Source: Candidatus Ratteibacteria bacterium (GTDB lineage Bacteria > CAZDME01 > JAYEMH01). Taken from it: a DNA stretch of 52,660 nt. Below are positions 1 through 7,851 of this stretch, in pieces (position 1 is the first letter of the stretch; each line of letters opens with the position of its first letter). Position numbers and translations under genes: made by a program. The notes below the pieces were generated by a model, which ran no database searches, was not told where the DNA came from, and was given only the letters and a program-made list of their open reading frames with translations. The DNA lies in NCBI GenBank assembly GCA_034717985.1, contig JAYEMH010000005.1, positions 1 to 52,660 of the forward strand. Reading direction: 5' to 3'.

Positions 1-107
1 TTAGGAATTGGAAATATTGCCTCATCCTAAGCGGCTTAAAATTTCTTCGAAATTTTTACGCCAGAATGAGGCATGGATTTCCCTGCCATAATGACAGGGA
101 AATCTTA

Positions 108-127
108 TGGCGGAGAGGGAGGGATTC
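108..127. repeat. attL-type direct repeat: TGGCGGAGAGGGAGGGATTC, identical to the 3' end of tRNA-Ser(CGA) at 7725-7744
   Basis: Exact 20/20 match read at both positions. Flanking bases differ on both sides, so the repeat is sharply bounded. Confidence 0.8.
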
Positions 128-291
128 TGTTAGAATGATTTCCCCATTTCTCCGTCGACAAATATGCTAAAAAGTAGTCCCTTTCTGAGCTTATTAAGGG
201 GTCAGGTAAATCTGGATATTTCCCGATTCTTCCCTTTCTTTCTCTATGTTTTTGACTTAAATAGGCACCGTTTGGGCAACAAAAAAACTTA

Positions 292-320
292 TTGACAAGA
301 GAGGTTTTGTAGTGTATATT
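292..320 (+). promoter_or_regulatory. Sigma70-like promoter: TTGACA, 17-nt spacer, TATATT
   Basis: TTGACA at 292-297, exactly 17 nt of spacer, then TATATT at 315-320. It points into the 3' end of the minus-strand NYN gene. Confidence 0.45.
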
Positions 321-326
321 TATTAT

Positions 327-392
327 GTAAATGACTAAAGCCCCGAAACTTCGGGGCGAATGGGAACTGCTACGGCAGTTCCTTCTTTTTTT
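327..392 (+). ncRNA. Candidate ~65-nt small RNA, antisense to the 3' end and stop codon of the NYN gene
   Basis: It starts about 7 nt after the promoter at 292-320. It contains the hairpin GCCCCGAAACTTCGGGGC (342-359). It ends in an 8-bp stem GGAACTGC/GCAGTTCC with a UACG loop (363-382) followed by TTCTTTTTTT. Confidence 0.3.
362..392 (+). terminator. Intrinsic terminator (8-bp GC-rich stem, UACG tetraloop, U-tract)
   Basis: GGAACTGC-TACG-GCAGTTCC followed by TTCTTTTTTT, read directly from the sequence. Confidence 0.55.
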
Positions 393-945
393 CTACCAGA
401 GCTCTAATATCTTGAAAAAATACCTTCCGATTAGCTGTAATCGCAAGATTACTATTCAATCTATCCTTATGTGCGACAATAGTCACTTTTTTATGCTTAC
501 CCTTAATATACTTTGCCAACTTAATGAAGTCTCCATCACCACTGCATAAAACCAACTCTTCATATTCTTGTAACCTATCTATAGCAGAAATAGTTATCTC
601 AACATCAAAATTACATTTTCTTTTATAATCTCCTTCTGTGCTGTCATATACACTTGTCACTGGTTTAGTTCTTACTTTATATCCAATGTTTTTTAACTTC
701 CTTAAAAATGATTTTCTGTCCTTTTGGGCTTTAACAAATCCACTAATAGTATGGGCAGGGTGTCTATCAAAAAAAGTCTTTTTTGAAATTATTCCCCCAA
801 AGAAAAAAATGTCAATCGGGTTAAATTCTTTCTTAAGCCAGAGGTAAAACTTCTCGTAATCTAATTTCCTTTCCTGAAATTTAAACCCATAGTAAAGATT
901 ACTGTCATCTATGAGCACTAAGGCTTTTTTGTGTTCTTTCTCCAT
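370..945 (-). CDS. NYN (LabA-like/DUF88) PIN-type nuclease domain protein
   Basis: 191 aa. ALVLIDDSNLYYG at the N-terminus and LCSGDGDFIKLAKYIKGKHKKVTIVA near the C-terminus fit the NYN pattern (hhhD..N ... SGDsDF ... G..V). Confidence 0.75.
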   Translation of the reverse strand: MEKEHKKALVLIDDSNLYYGFKFQERKLDYEKFYLWLKKEFNPIDIFFFGGIISKKTFFDRHPAHTISGFVKAQKDRKSFLRKLKNIGYKVRTKPVTSVYDSTEGDYKRKCNFDVEITISAIDRLQEYEELVLCSGDGDFIKLAKYIKGKHKKVTIVAHKDRLNSNLAITANRKVFFQDIRALVEKKKELP

Positions 946-1032
946 AATTGCTTTCCGGTAATTTTGAAATCTTTTTGGATATGGTTTAGAGGCAGTCTAA
1001 CACTAAAAGAAGAAAAGCTCAAGAATTATTTG

Positions 1033-1230
1033 CTAAATAGGCATTTTATAGGTAGGTCTTCCCTTTTTTCTTCGCATTTTCAACCATTTTTCAATTTCTG
1101 ACGCTTTAAACCGCACCCCTTTAGGAAGCTTAAAATGAGGTATAAAGCCGGTATGAGTCCATTGATAAAGTGTCTTAGGGCTTACCTGGATTAAGTCGCT
1201 TAATTGGTCAACTGTCAGTAGTTTTTCCAC
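1033..1230 (-). CDS. Excisionase/AlpA-family helix-turn-helix DNA-binding protein
   Basis: 65 aa. LLTVDQLSDLIQVSPKTLYQWTHTGFIPHFKLPKGVRFKASEIEKWL is the typical MerR-like excisionase-family HTH layout. Confidence 0.7.
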   Translation of the reverse strand: MEKLLTVDQLSDLIQVSPKTLYQWTHTGFIPHFKLPKGVRFKASEIEKWLKMRRKKGRPTYKMPI

Positions 1231-1338
1231 TGGTTTAGAATACTTTACTCTCCGCCCCTGTAGCTTAATCTATCTTAAAATAGACTATTTTAGGCTTTAG
1301 AATGGGCATCTGGTGCCCAAAAATTGCCCAAAATCTGC

Positions 1339-1602
1339 TTATTTCTCTTTTTCAGGGCTATGTTTAATCACCTTATAACCGGATTCTTTTAGTATCTTCT
1401 GTCCTTCTTCAGAAGAACCCTCTATGCTTCTGTGGGTGGTCGTTTCAGTAATAATAATATCTTTGTGTCTTGTTCCATCCTTTTCAAATTCTACGCCCCG
1501 CAGGTTTGGTGTATAGCGAGTTATAAATATATATTCCAGCTCTCCGGGAACACATTTTCCCTCAATTTTCTTCAACCTTGTTTCAATGCTCATCTTTTTC
1601 AA
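1339..1602 (-). CDS. Hypothetical small protein, paralog of 1599-1886
   Basis: It shares MSI..RL+KIE.KC ... SEEGQ.ILKE.GYKVI+ with the neighbouring ORF. An alternative ATG at 1593 gives an N-terminus parallel to the paralog. Confidence 0.5.
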   Translation of the reverse strand: MKKMSIETRLKKIEGKCVPGELEYIFITRYTPNLRGVEFEKDGTRHKDIIITETTTHRSIEGSSEEGQKILKESGYKVIKHSPEKEK

Positions 1603-1886
1603 CCTTCCCTTTCCTCATTATTTTTGTTTGCCTGAATTTTTCTAATTACCTTATAACCGAACTCTTTTAGTATTCGTTGCCCTTCTTCAGAAAAAACATC
1701 TACATCCACCCATTTATTTCCTGTCCGCCAAAGTAAAATATCCGCATATCTCTTTCCACCTTTTTCGCATATTACCTCTTTGGGTTGATAGTTTTTAATA
1801 GGAATTCCGGATAAAAGGAACATATATCCTTCATTATCCACCCCGCATTTTTCTTCAATTTTCCTTAATCTTCTTTTAATGCTCAC
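1599..1886 (-). CDS. Hypothetical small protein, paralog of 1339-1602
   Basis: 95 aa. It has 4-nt start/stop overlaps with both neighbours, consistent with translational coupling. No family recognised. Confidence 0.5.
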   Translation of the reverse strand: MSIKRRLRKIEEKCGVDNEGYMFLLSGIPIKNYQPKEVICEKGGKRYADILLWRTGNKWVDVDVFSEEGQRILKEFGYKVIRKIQANKNNEEREG

Positions 1887-2266
1887 CTGTAAGATTTCCT
1901 TTCAAAAACTATCTTTTCCACCTTATCTAACCTTTCCTCTATATGCTCAACTTCAATACTCTTTAAAGTATGATTGATAATATCATTACAAGCCAAACGT
2001 CTAACTTCTTCTCTTTCAGCCCCCATTAGCTTAATCAATTCTTCAACTGCTGTAGTTATAGAAGATTTAAGCCTCTCTAAAGCAATCCTGATAACCTCAT
2101 CCCTTTGCCTCTTTAGCTCCATCCGAAAATCTTCATCTTTAAGCCAAAGATAGATTGTATTTCTGCTAACCCTTGCCTTTTGGGAAGCTTTTTCAATGGA
2201 AGGAGAACCAATTAAATGCGATATTGCTAATAACTGCCGGTTAGATAGTTTATTGTCTTTATCCAT
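1883..2266 (-). CDS. Putative HTH DNA-binding protein of the element
   Basis: 127 aa. The N-terminal SNRQLLAISHLIGSPSIEKASQKARVSRNTIYLWLKDEDF looks like a small HTH, followed by a charged helical tail. Confidence 0.5.
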   Translation of the reverse strand: MDKDNKLSNRQLLAISHLIGSPSIEKASQKARVSRNTIYLWLKDEDFRMELKRQRDEVIRIALERLKSSITTAVEELIKLMGAEREEVRRLACNDIINHTLKSIEVEHIEERLDKVEKIVFERKSYR

Positions 2267-2348
2267 TTTTACCCCTTAAATTTGTCCTAAATTGCTAAAT
2301 TTCGTCATTTTTTCTCTGCTTCTGATATTTACCCTACCGTTTAACTCA

Positions 2349-3632
2349 CTATATTTCCTCTTGAGAAATAGTGAGTGGGGTGGTAGGGGAGATAAGTATT
2401 TTCCTTTTGTCAGTAGGATCGGCTTCCTGAATTATTAACCCTGCTGTCTCAAGCATAGGAATAATCTGCTGTCTCAACACCCAATCAGCTACCGGTCTAT
2501 TGTAAATCCTAAAATACCCCTGCATTATCGCCTTTCTGCTTAATCCTGTCTCTTTTTCCTGATAAAGAGGTAAAATTACTTCTTTAAACATCCTGTAGAT
2601 ATATGGCGGAAGATTTAATTCCTGACTAAATGATATTTCTTCCCAGATTCTAAAACCCGCCTCTATATCCTCATCAGAGGTCAATATAATATCTAATCCC
2701 TCTGCTTCTCTATGCCAGAGATTAAGAAGGGTAAAACTTTTAATAATAGAAACCAACCTTTTTATATCTCTCTGATGACGGGGTTTTAGAGCTTTATGCT
2801 TTTCAAAAAACCATTCTCTTATTTTATCCGGATTATGGATTTTTATTGCTGTAATATTTTCTTCTTTTATGCCTTTAATTCTATTTATTAAAAGCTGTCT
2901 TTGAGGATTATTGTTTAGCTTTGCAAGATAAGCTTCTAAATCTGCCTCTTTGTTCAAAGCTTCATCAATCCCTTGTTTAATTTTTCCCTGGTTGGTTTCC
3001 GGAGAAAGAAGCAGAAATCTTGTAGCTTCCTGCTCATCAATTTTTAACCCGGCGCTACAAAATATAACTGAAAGAAATCCCTTAATAACTATGTTCTTGG
3101 TCTTTAAACCATATTTCTGGCTTTTATCGGTAATCTTTATATTGATTTCCTTTTCATCGTGGGAAAGAAGGGGTCTCAGGTGCTGTAAAAGCAAAGTATG
3201 GGGCTGGTCAAGGAAAATCAGAATCTTCCGCTCTAAATCCACGAAATAGCCCTCTTGTTCTTTAACAAACTTTCCCTTATCATGAAAGAAAGCCGTTGGT
3301 GAACAATAGCCCACTTTTATAACATCTTCTTTAGGAAACAAGGAAGCTATCTCTATCGGAATATAAGACTTGCCGGTAGAAGAAGGGGCGTTGAAACTTA
3401 TATTAAACTGGGAGCTTTCTGTATAAGCGGATAGACAGCAAAGAAAGGTTATAAGCTTATTTACTTTATCCTCTTTAATCGTTAATCCCAATATCTCTAA
3501 TAGCCCACTGATAGATAAAGGTAAAAAAATCTCCTTCCTGTTTTGCCGATTTTGAAGTCTTTCTTCTTTTTGCTCAATCTCAACCTCAACCTCTTGAACT
3601 GTTCTTTCTACAACATCTCCATCTCCCTTCAT
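2349..3632 (-). CDS. P-loop NTPase, putative replicative helicase of the element
   Basis: 427 aa. It has a Walker A-like NAPSSTGKSY and a Walker B-like KILIFLDQ. It lies 5 nt downstream of the primase-type zinc-finger gene. Confidence 0.55.
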   Translation of the reverse strand: MKGDGDVVERTVQEVEVEIEQKEERLQNRQNRKEIFLPLSISGLLEILGLTIKEDKVNKLITFLCCLSAYTESSQFNISFNAPSSTGKSYIPIEIASLFPKEDVIKVGYCSPTAFFHDKGKFVKEQEGYFVDLERKILIFLDQPHTLLLQHLRPLLSHDEKEINIKITDKSQKYGLKTKNIVIKGFLSVIFCSAGLKIDEQEATRFLLLSPETNQGKIKQGIDEALNKEADLEAYLAKLNNNPQRQLLINRIKGIKEENITAIKIHNPDKIREWFFEKHKALKPRHQRDIKRLVSIIKSFTLLNLWHREAEGLDIILTSDEDIEAGFRIWEEISFSQELNLPPYIYRMFKEVILPLYQEKETGLSRKAIMQGYFRIYNRPVADWVLRQQIIPMLETAGLIIQEADPTDKRKILISPTTPLTISQEEI

Positions 3633-3637
3633 TGTCT

Positions 3638-4228
3638 TTACCTCCTCGTTAAATATTCAACCGCTTTTTTAAAACTATATTCAAAATACAGCTCTACAAA
3701 CTTAATTACATCACCACCTTTAGCGCATCCAAAACAGTAAAAACTATTGCTGTCCGGATAGATAAAGAAACTTGGGTGTTTTTCTTGATGAAAAGGACAG
3801 AGGGCTGTATGGTTCTTTCCTTGCTTTCTTAATTTCAAAAAAGACTGGGCTATTTCTAAAATGGGGGATAATCTTGCCTGTTCAATTTTCTCCTGAGTAA
3901 GCATTTTGGGGCTTGGAAGTTTGCCTTTAGAGAAAAGAAATAGTCTCTTTAACCTCTGTGTTTGCCTATTATTCTCCAATACTTCATCGGCTATTTCCAT
4001 TTTCACCACCTCTCGCCAGAACCAGCGGGAAAACTCATCTTTTACCCTATTTCTCACTATCTTTAAGTTATGCCTAATGACTCCCTTAATTTCTTTTTCT
4101 GTTTCTTCCCGCTCTTTTAGCTTTTCCGGGATGACAGCTTTTGCTTCAGGAAATATATTAAGAAGTTCTCTTTCAGTAAGCCGGGGAGCTTGGGATGGGG
4201 AGTATAGATTAGTGGATATTTTCGTCAT
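3638..4228 (-). CDS. CHC2 (DnaG/primase-type) zinc-finger protein
   Basis: 196 aa. The C-terminal CPFHQEKHPSFFIYPDSNSFYCFGCAKGGDVIKFV is the CHC2 zinc-finger signature. I could not recognise a TOPRIM domain. Confidence 0.7.
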   Translation of the reverse strand: MTKISTNLYSPSQAPRLTERELLNIFPEAKAVIPEKLKEREETEKEIKGVIRHNLKIVRNRVKDEFSRWFWREVVKMEIADEVLENNRQTQRLKRLFLFSKGKLPSPKMLTQEKIEQARLSPILEIAQSFLKLRKQGKNHTALCPFHQEKHPSFFIYPDSNSFYCFGCAKGGDVIKFVELYFEYSFKKAVEYLTRR

Positions 4229-4532
4229 TTAAAAAGTCCTCCTTTATCCGTTCTTTTTCTGCCCTTTCCATCAATTCTTCAAACTTCCCTATCACTGCCT
4301 TTTCAATCGTCTTTGATACCTCTTTAGTAATCGGATGAAAGCAATTTACCTTTGCCCCATTTGCTAAAACTTTTATAGGATAAACAAGTCTGTAACCTTC
4401 TTGATTTAACCGGGAATAAAGCGCTATATCGCCAACATAAAAAGAATCATTTAAGACAAAAGTAACAAAGGCAAGTAGTCCGTTGCGTGGCTTACAAGGA
4501 ATTATCTGTATTTCGGAAAGGTCTATTTTCAT
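4209..4532 (-). CDS. SpoVG-like protein
   Basis: From MKIDLSEIQIIPCKPRNGLLAFVTFVLNDSFYVGDIALYS...GYRLVYPIK...FHPITKEVSKTIEKAV, the spacing matches recalled SpoVG (..GxhxAhhohxhxxxFhVxDIxh...P.....HPI......I..AV). An AAGGAGAAAG RBS precedes the ATG at 4532; the ORF track starts it at 4562. Confidence 0.55.
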   Translation of the reverse strand: MKIDLSEIQIIPCKPRNGLLAFVTFVLNDSFYVGDIALYSRLNQEGYRLVYPIKVLANGAKVNCFHPITKEVSKTIEKAVIGKFEELMERAEKERIKEDFLNDENIH

Positions 4533-4576
4533 ATTCTTGCTTTCTCCTTTCTCTATCATCACATTCTTAACCTAAA

Positions 4577-4608
4577 TAAAAAAACCTGTAAGTATTTCTA
4601 CCTACAGG
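4577..4608 (-). terminator. Hairpin plus U-tract downstream of the 4648-5550 gene
   Basis: On the minus strand, CCTGTA...TACAGG is followed by TTTTTTTA. Confidence 0.45.
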
Positions 4609-4647
4609 CTAACATATTTCCTAAATTTGCGATATTACAGCAAGTCG

Positions 4648-5550
4648 CTATTTGCTACTATACTTCTTTACATACTTTTTTTGCCTCCATTTATAAAGAT
4701 TCTTTCTATCATAGTCTAAATCTCTAAGTTCTTCAATTTTCACATCATTTATGGGATTAGCATTTGCATCAAAAAACGATTTGTCAGTATCAACAAATTC
4801 CATTGCATAGAAATTTTTACATCTAAATAACTGCCCCCCCTTAATTTTGTACTTTTCGATAAGTTTACCAATATCAATTTTTTCAACATGCTTTCTTTCA
4901 GTATCAGCATATACTTCAATCCATATTACTTTAACCCCTTCCGGGCTACAAATTTTTATCTTATAATAGCTCTTCTCTTTACACATAGGATAGTTTTTGA
5001 CTTTATATTCTTTCCTAACCTTTCTAACGGTCTTCCATGAATCTCTTATATGCTTTTTTTTGGTGTCCCCATATATTTCAATAAATATTCTTTTTTTACC
5101 CTTGTCCTCAAAAACTTTAATCAAACATGGGTAATCATTTGCAGAATATAAAAGCCAGCGGTTATATATTACAAATGTAGTCAAAGGCATACGGAACCTT
5201 TCAGGCAAGTTAGAATAATGCAAAAGGTCTGTAATTTTCTCTTGAAATGCGGCCTTTCTGCTTTTTCCTATTTGGTAACCACGCTTTCTTAAATCGTAAT
5301 CATAATAAGAAATACGTTCTAAGTTTTTGAACTTTTCCATATTACGCTTTTCTTTATCTTTATTGATTTCCGTTACACGCATAAATCTTTTTACCCCAAG
5401 AGCAGGAATACCAAACTTATCTCTAATCTGCCAAATTTGATTAACAAATTCTGAATCCCCAAGCAAATACTTGAGTTGTTTAATATATTTTCCGGATCGC
5501 TTTTCAAGTTCCTCTATAGTACCAGGTATCCATGTTGCAATCTCTCTCAC
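4648..5550 (-). CDS. Hypothetical protein with an internal duplication
   Basis: 300 aa, lysine/tyrosine-rich. The segments KRIFIEIYGDTKKKHIRDSW and VKVIWIEVYADTERKHVEKI are internal repeats. Its start overlaps the upstream stop by 4 nt. Confidence 0.55.
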   Translation of the reverse strand: MREIATWIPGTIEELEKRSGKYIKQLKYLLGDSEFVNQIWQIRDKFGIPALGVKRFMRVTEINKDKEKRNMEKFKNLERISYYDYDLRKRGYQIGKSRKAAFQEKITDLLHYSNLPERFRMPLTTFVIYNRWLLYSANDYPCLIKVFEDKGKKRIFIEIYGDTKKKHIRDSWKTVRKVRKEYKVKNYPMCKEKSYYKIKICSPEGVKVIWIEVYADTERKHVEKIDIGKLIEKYKIKGGQLFRCKNFYAMEFVDTDKSFFDANANPINDVKIEELRDLDYDRKNLYKWRQKKYVKKYSSK

Positions 5551-6422
5551 TTCTTCCTCATTTCAAATGCAGGGACAGTCCCACTGGGTCTTGCGGTAGA
5601 AGGCTTTCTACCTAACCCCCCGCTAAGTTCCAATACTCCATCCGCAGTTCTTCGTCCGGTAATAGGTGTTTCGGTTCTACTATATCCCCTTGGTGTAGGA
5701 ATGGGAGCAACCCATTCAGGCATAACTCCAGCTTGGCGCACTTCCTCCGGAGTATAACCACAAGCAGATATATAAAGTTCTATCTCTGATGATGGTGCTC
5801 CCATCCTCGCCATTTTCTGAACATTTCTTTTAACCCGCAATAAATCAGCAGTCGTTATATCTCTGGGTTGTTTGGATCTTTTTGCTCGTGCTGAATTTTC
5901 TGATTTCCTAAACTCTATTTTACTATCCTCATCTGCGGATTCAGCATCATTGGCTGACGACTCGGCATTCTCAGCTGCGGATTTAGCATCATTGGCTGAC
6001 GACTCGGCATTCTCAGCTGCGGATTTAGCATTATTGGCTGACGACTCGGCATCCTCAGCTGCGGATTTAGCATTATTGGCTAACGACTCGGCATCCTCAG
6101 CATCAGACATTGCTTTTTTAGCGTAATATTGAGCTTCTTCAAGGGTATCAGCCATATATGCTTTTCTTGCATAAGTATAGGCATCACTTGCATAACTTGC
6201 AGCGTCATTTGTATAATTTGCGGCACTGCTTGCATAAGTTGCAGCATCCTTTGCATAATTTGCGGCACTGCTTGCATAAGTTGCAGCATCCTTTGCATAA
6301 CTTGCGGCACTGCCTGCATAAATTGCAGCATCATTTATATCTCCATAAGCAAATACAAATCTTCTGCTACACAAAATTAGAATACAAAATCCAAGTAAAA
6401 TAATAAGTGATTTTTTTCTCAT
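5547..6422 (-). CDS. Secreted tandem-repeat protein (two arrays of 16-aa repeats)
   Basis: 291 aa. The N-terminal MRKKSLIILLGFCILILCS looks like a signal peptide. It contains AASYAKDAATYASSAANY-type and AEDAESSANNAKSAAENAESSANDAKSA-type repeats, encoded by 48-bp DNA tandem repeats at ~5930-6100 and ~6180-6330. Confidence 0.6.
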   Translation of the reverse strand: MRKKSLIILLGFCILILCSRRFVFAYGDINDAAIYAGSAASYAKDAATYASSAANYAKDAATYASSAANYTNDAASYASDAYTYARKAYMADTLEEAQYYAKKAMSDAEDAESLANNAKSAAEDAESSANNAKSAAENAESSANDAKSAAENAESSANDAESADEDSKIEFRKSENSARAKRSKQPRDITTADLLRVKRNVQKMARMGAPSSEIELYISACGYTPEEVRQAGVMPEWVAPIPTPRGYSRTETPITGRRTADGVLELSGGLGRKPSTARPSGTVPAFEMRKK

Positions 6423-6498
6423 TTATGAACCTCCTTAAACACAATTAGAATTGACTTATTTTTTGTCCATTTTCTACCAGTCCATATTGGGAGCTTTC

Positions 6499-6527
6499 AT
6501 TTTACTGCTTATATAGCCCGGTGTCAA
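6499..6527 (-). promoter_or_regulatory. Sigma70-like promoter: TTGACA, 17-nt spacer, TAAAAT (minus strand)
   Basis: Reverse complements are tgtcaa at 6522-6527 and atttta at 6499-6504, with a 17-nt spacer. It lies upstream of the 5547-6422 gene. Confidence 0.5.
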
Positions 6528-6561
6528 TCCTGAATGCATATCTTTATTAAACCGATATATT

Positions 6562-7590
6562 CTAAAACTCCAATTTTTCTACGGCCTTATCTATATGCTC
6601 ATCGGCAAGATGTGAATATATCATCGTTGTCTCTATATCTGCATGCCCCATCAGCTTCTTTACCGTAGGTAAATCCACCCCTTTCATAACCAGATGACTG
6701 GCAAAGGTATGGCGAAGGGTATGTAGCTTTGTAACATCCGGGAAACCAGAACGTTTAGTCAATCGCATAAGCCTTTTTCTTAATCGGTTATTCTCGATGG
6801 GATTCCCTTTGCCATCGTGAAATACTAAATTGCCTTTTTTGTTTTTCTCCTTCTGCTTTTTGAGAAGGTTAAATAATCCGTTGTTTAAAGGTATTTGTCT
6901 TTCATCCGTTTTAGGACTCCAGCCCTTCTTAACGGCTATTTTGATTTTTCTTCTATTTAAGTCTATATCTGTCCACTCAAGGTTTTGCAATTCACTTTTT
7001 CTCATCCCGGTATTTAAGAAAGTATAAAATATTGGATATTCCCATTCATTACAATTCTCTAATAAGATTTTACATTCTTCCTCTGAAAGAAATCTTGGGG
7101 CAATATGGTTTGTAATCTTTAACATTTTGACACTTTCGGTGGGATTTTCTTTCGTATAGCCCCAGGTTTTGGCCAGATTAAACACTGCCCGCAAGGTCTG
7201 CAACTCCATATTTATAGTTTTGTTTTGTGCCCTCTGGTCAAAACGAAATTTTTTATAATCTTCAAATGTTTTAGGGTTAAGATGGGATATCTTGGCAATA
7301 AAAGGGTGATGGGCTAAAAATCTCTTAAAATTATCTACAATAGCCCGGTATCTTTTTTGCGTGGAGGGGGTATGATTAGTTTGTGAATAAGAGAAGAAAT
7401 CGCTGAATAACTTATTTAGATTTTCGTCTTTTTTTTCAAAACCTGCTTCACCTTTGGCAATTTTAACTTCTACATCTTTTAATGCCAATTCAGCGATTTT
7501 TTTTGAAGCGCCTATTATTTTTCTGATTCGCCTACCGTTTATCCGGAAGTCAATAAAATACTTCCCATTCTTTTTCCGAAGAGTTGCCAC
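6562..7590 (-). CDS. int: Tyrosine-type site-specific recombinase/integrase
   Basis: 342 aa with a GTG start. It has an N-terminal SAM-like core-binding region. The C-terminal TGMRKSEL, HTLRHTFASHLV and GHADIETTMIYSH give the R...HxxR...Y catalytic layout. It is adjacent to the target tRNA. Confidence 0.9.
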   Translation of the reverse strand: MATLRKKNGKYFIDFRINGRRIRKIIGASKKIAELALKDVEVKIAKGEAGFEKKDENLNKLFSDFFSYSQTNHTPSTQKRYRAIVDNFKRFLAHHPFIAKISHLNPKTFEDYKKFRFDQRAQNKTINMELQTLRAVFNLAKTWGYTKENPTESVKMLKITNHIAPRFLSEEECKILLENCNEWEYPIFYTFLNTGMRKSELQNLEWTDIDLNRRKIKIAVKKGWSPKTDERQIPLNNGLFNLLKKQKEKNKKGNLVFHDGKGNPIENNRLRKRLMRLTKRSGFPDVTKLHTLRHTFASHLVMKGVDLPTVKKLMGHADIETTMIYSHLADEHIDKAVEKLEF

Positions 7591-7665
7591 ATTTTCCTCA
7601 CTTCTTCAACTGCCCCTAAGCCCTTTAAATTATGGGCACCACTTGGGCATTAAGCCTTTGAGAAA

Positions 7666-7694
7666 AATATAGCATATCCATAACTCCTTGTCAA
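7666..7694 (-). promoter_or_regulatory. Sigma70-like promoter for int: TTGACA, 17-nt spacer, TATATT (minus strand)
   Basis: Reverse complements are tgtcaa at 7689-7694 and aatata at 7666-7671, with a 17-nt spacer. Confidence 0.5.
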
Positions 7695-7724
7695 TCAAAA
7701 AGTTATGATACTGTATTATTGCAT

Positions 7725-7813
7725 TGGCGGAGAGGGAGGGATTCGAACCCCCGTGACTTTTCAGTCAAGACGATTTCGAGTCGTCCCCGTTATGACCACT
7801 TCGGTACCTCTCC
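7725..7813 (-). tRNA. tRNA-Ser (anticodon CGA), CCA encoded
   Basis: Reverse complement: GGAGAGG acceptor stem, anticodon stem GACGA/TCGTC with loop CTCGAAA, long variable arm, GGTTCGAATCC T-loop, terminal GCCA. Confidence 0.9.
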
Positions 7814-7851
7814 ATATCGTCTGCTTACTATATCACAAATCTATCGGGAAA

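Larger units (their letters stand above)
108..7744 (-). mobile_element. Integrative element (~7.6 kb) inserted into the 3' end of tRNA-Ser(CGA)
   Basis: A 20-bp direct repeat flanks the element. A tyrosine integrase lies next to the intact tRNA. An excisionase-type HTH and a primase-zinc-finger/P-loop replication module are present. All ORFs are co-oriented. Confidence 0.75.

Noticed and set aside
5920-6330. Possible CRISPR array (regular repeats); 37487-37605 and 49695-49835 were also considered
   Set aside because: The repeats are contiguous or coding, and there are no unique spacers of 30-40 bp. No cas genes are present. The periodicities (48 bp tandem, 45 bp with DnaA boxes) do not fit CRISPR architecture.
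5872-6403. Four 81-84-aa ORFs in other frames and strands across the 48-bp tandem repeats
   Set aside because: They are periodic repeat artefacts (e.g. LHNLRHCLHKLQHP x3). The 291-aa minus-strand ORF has a signal peptide, a promoter and translational coupling.
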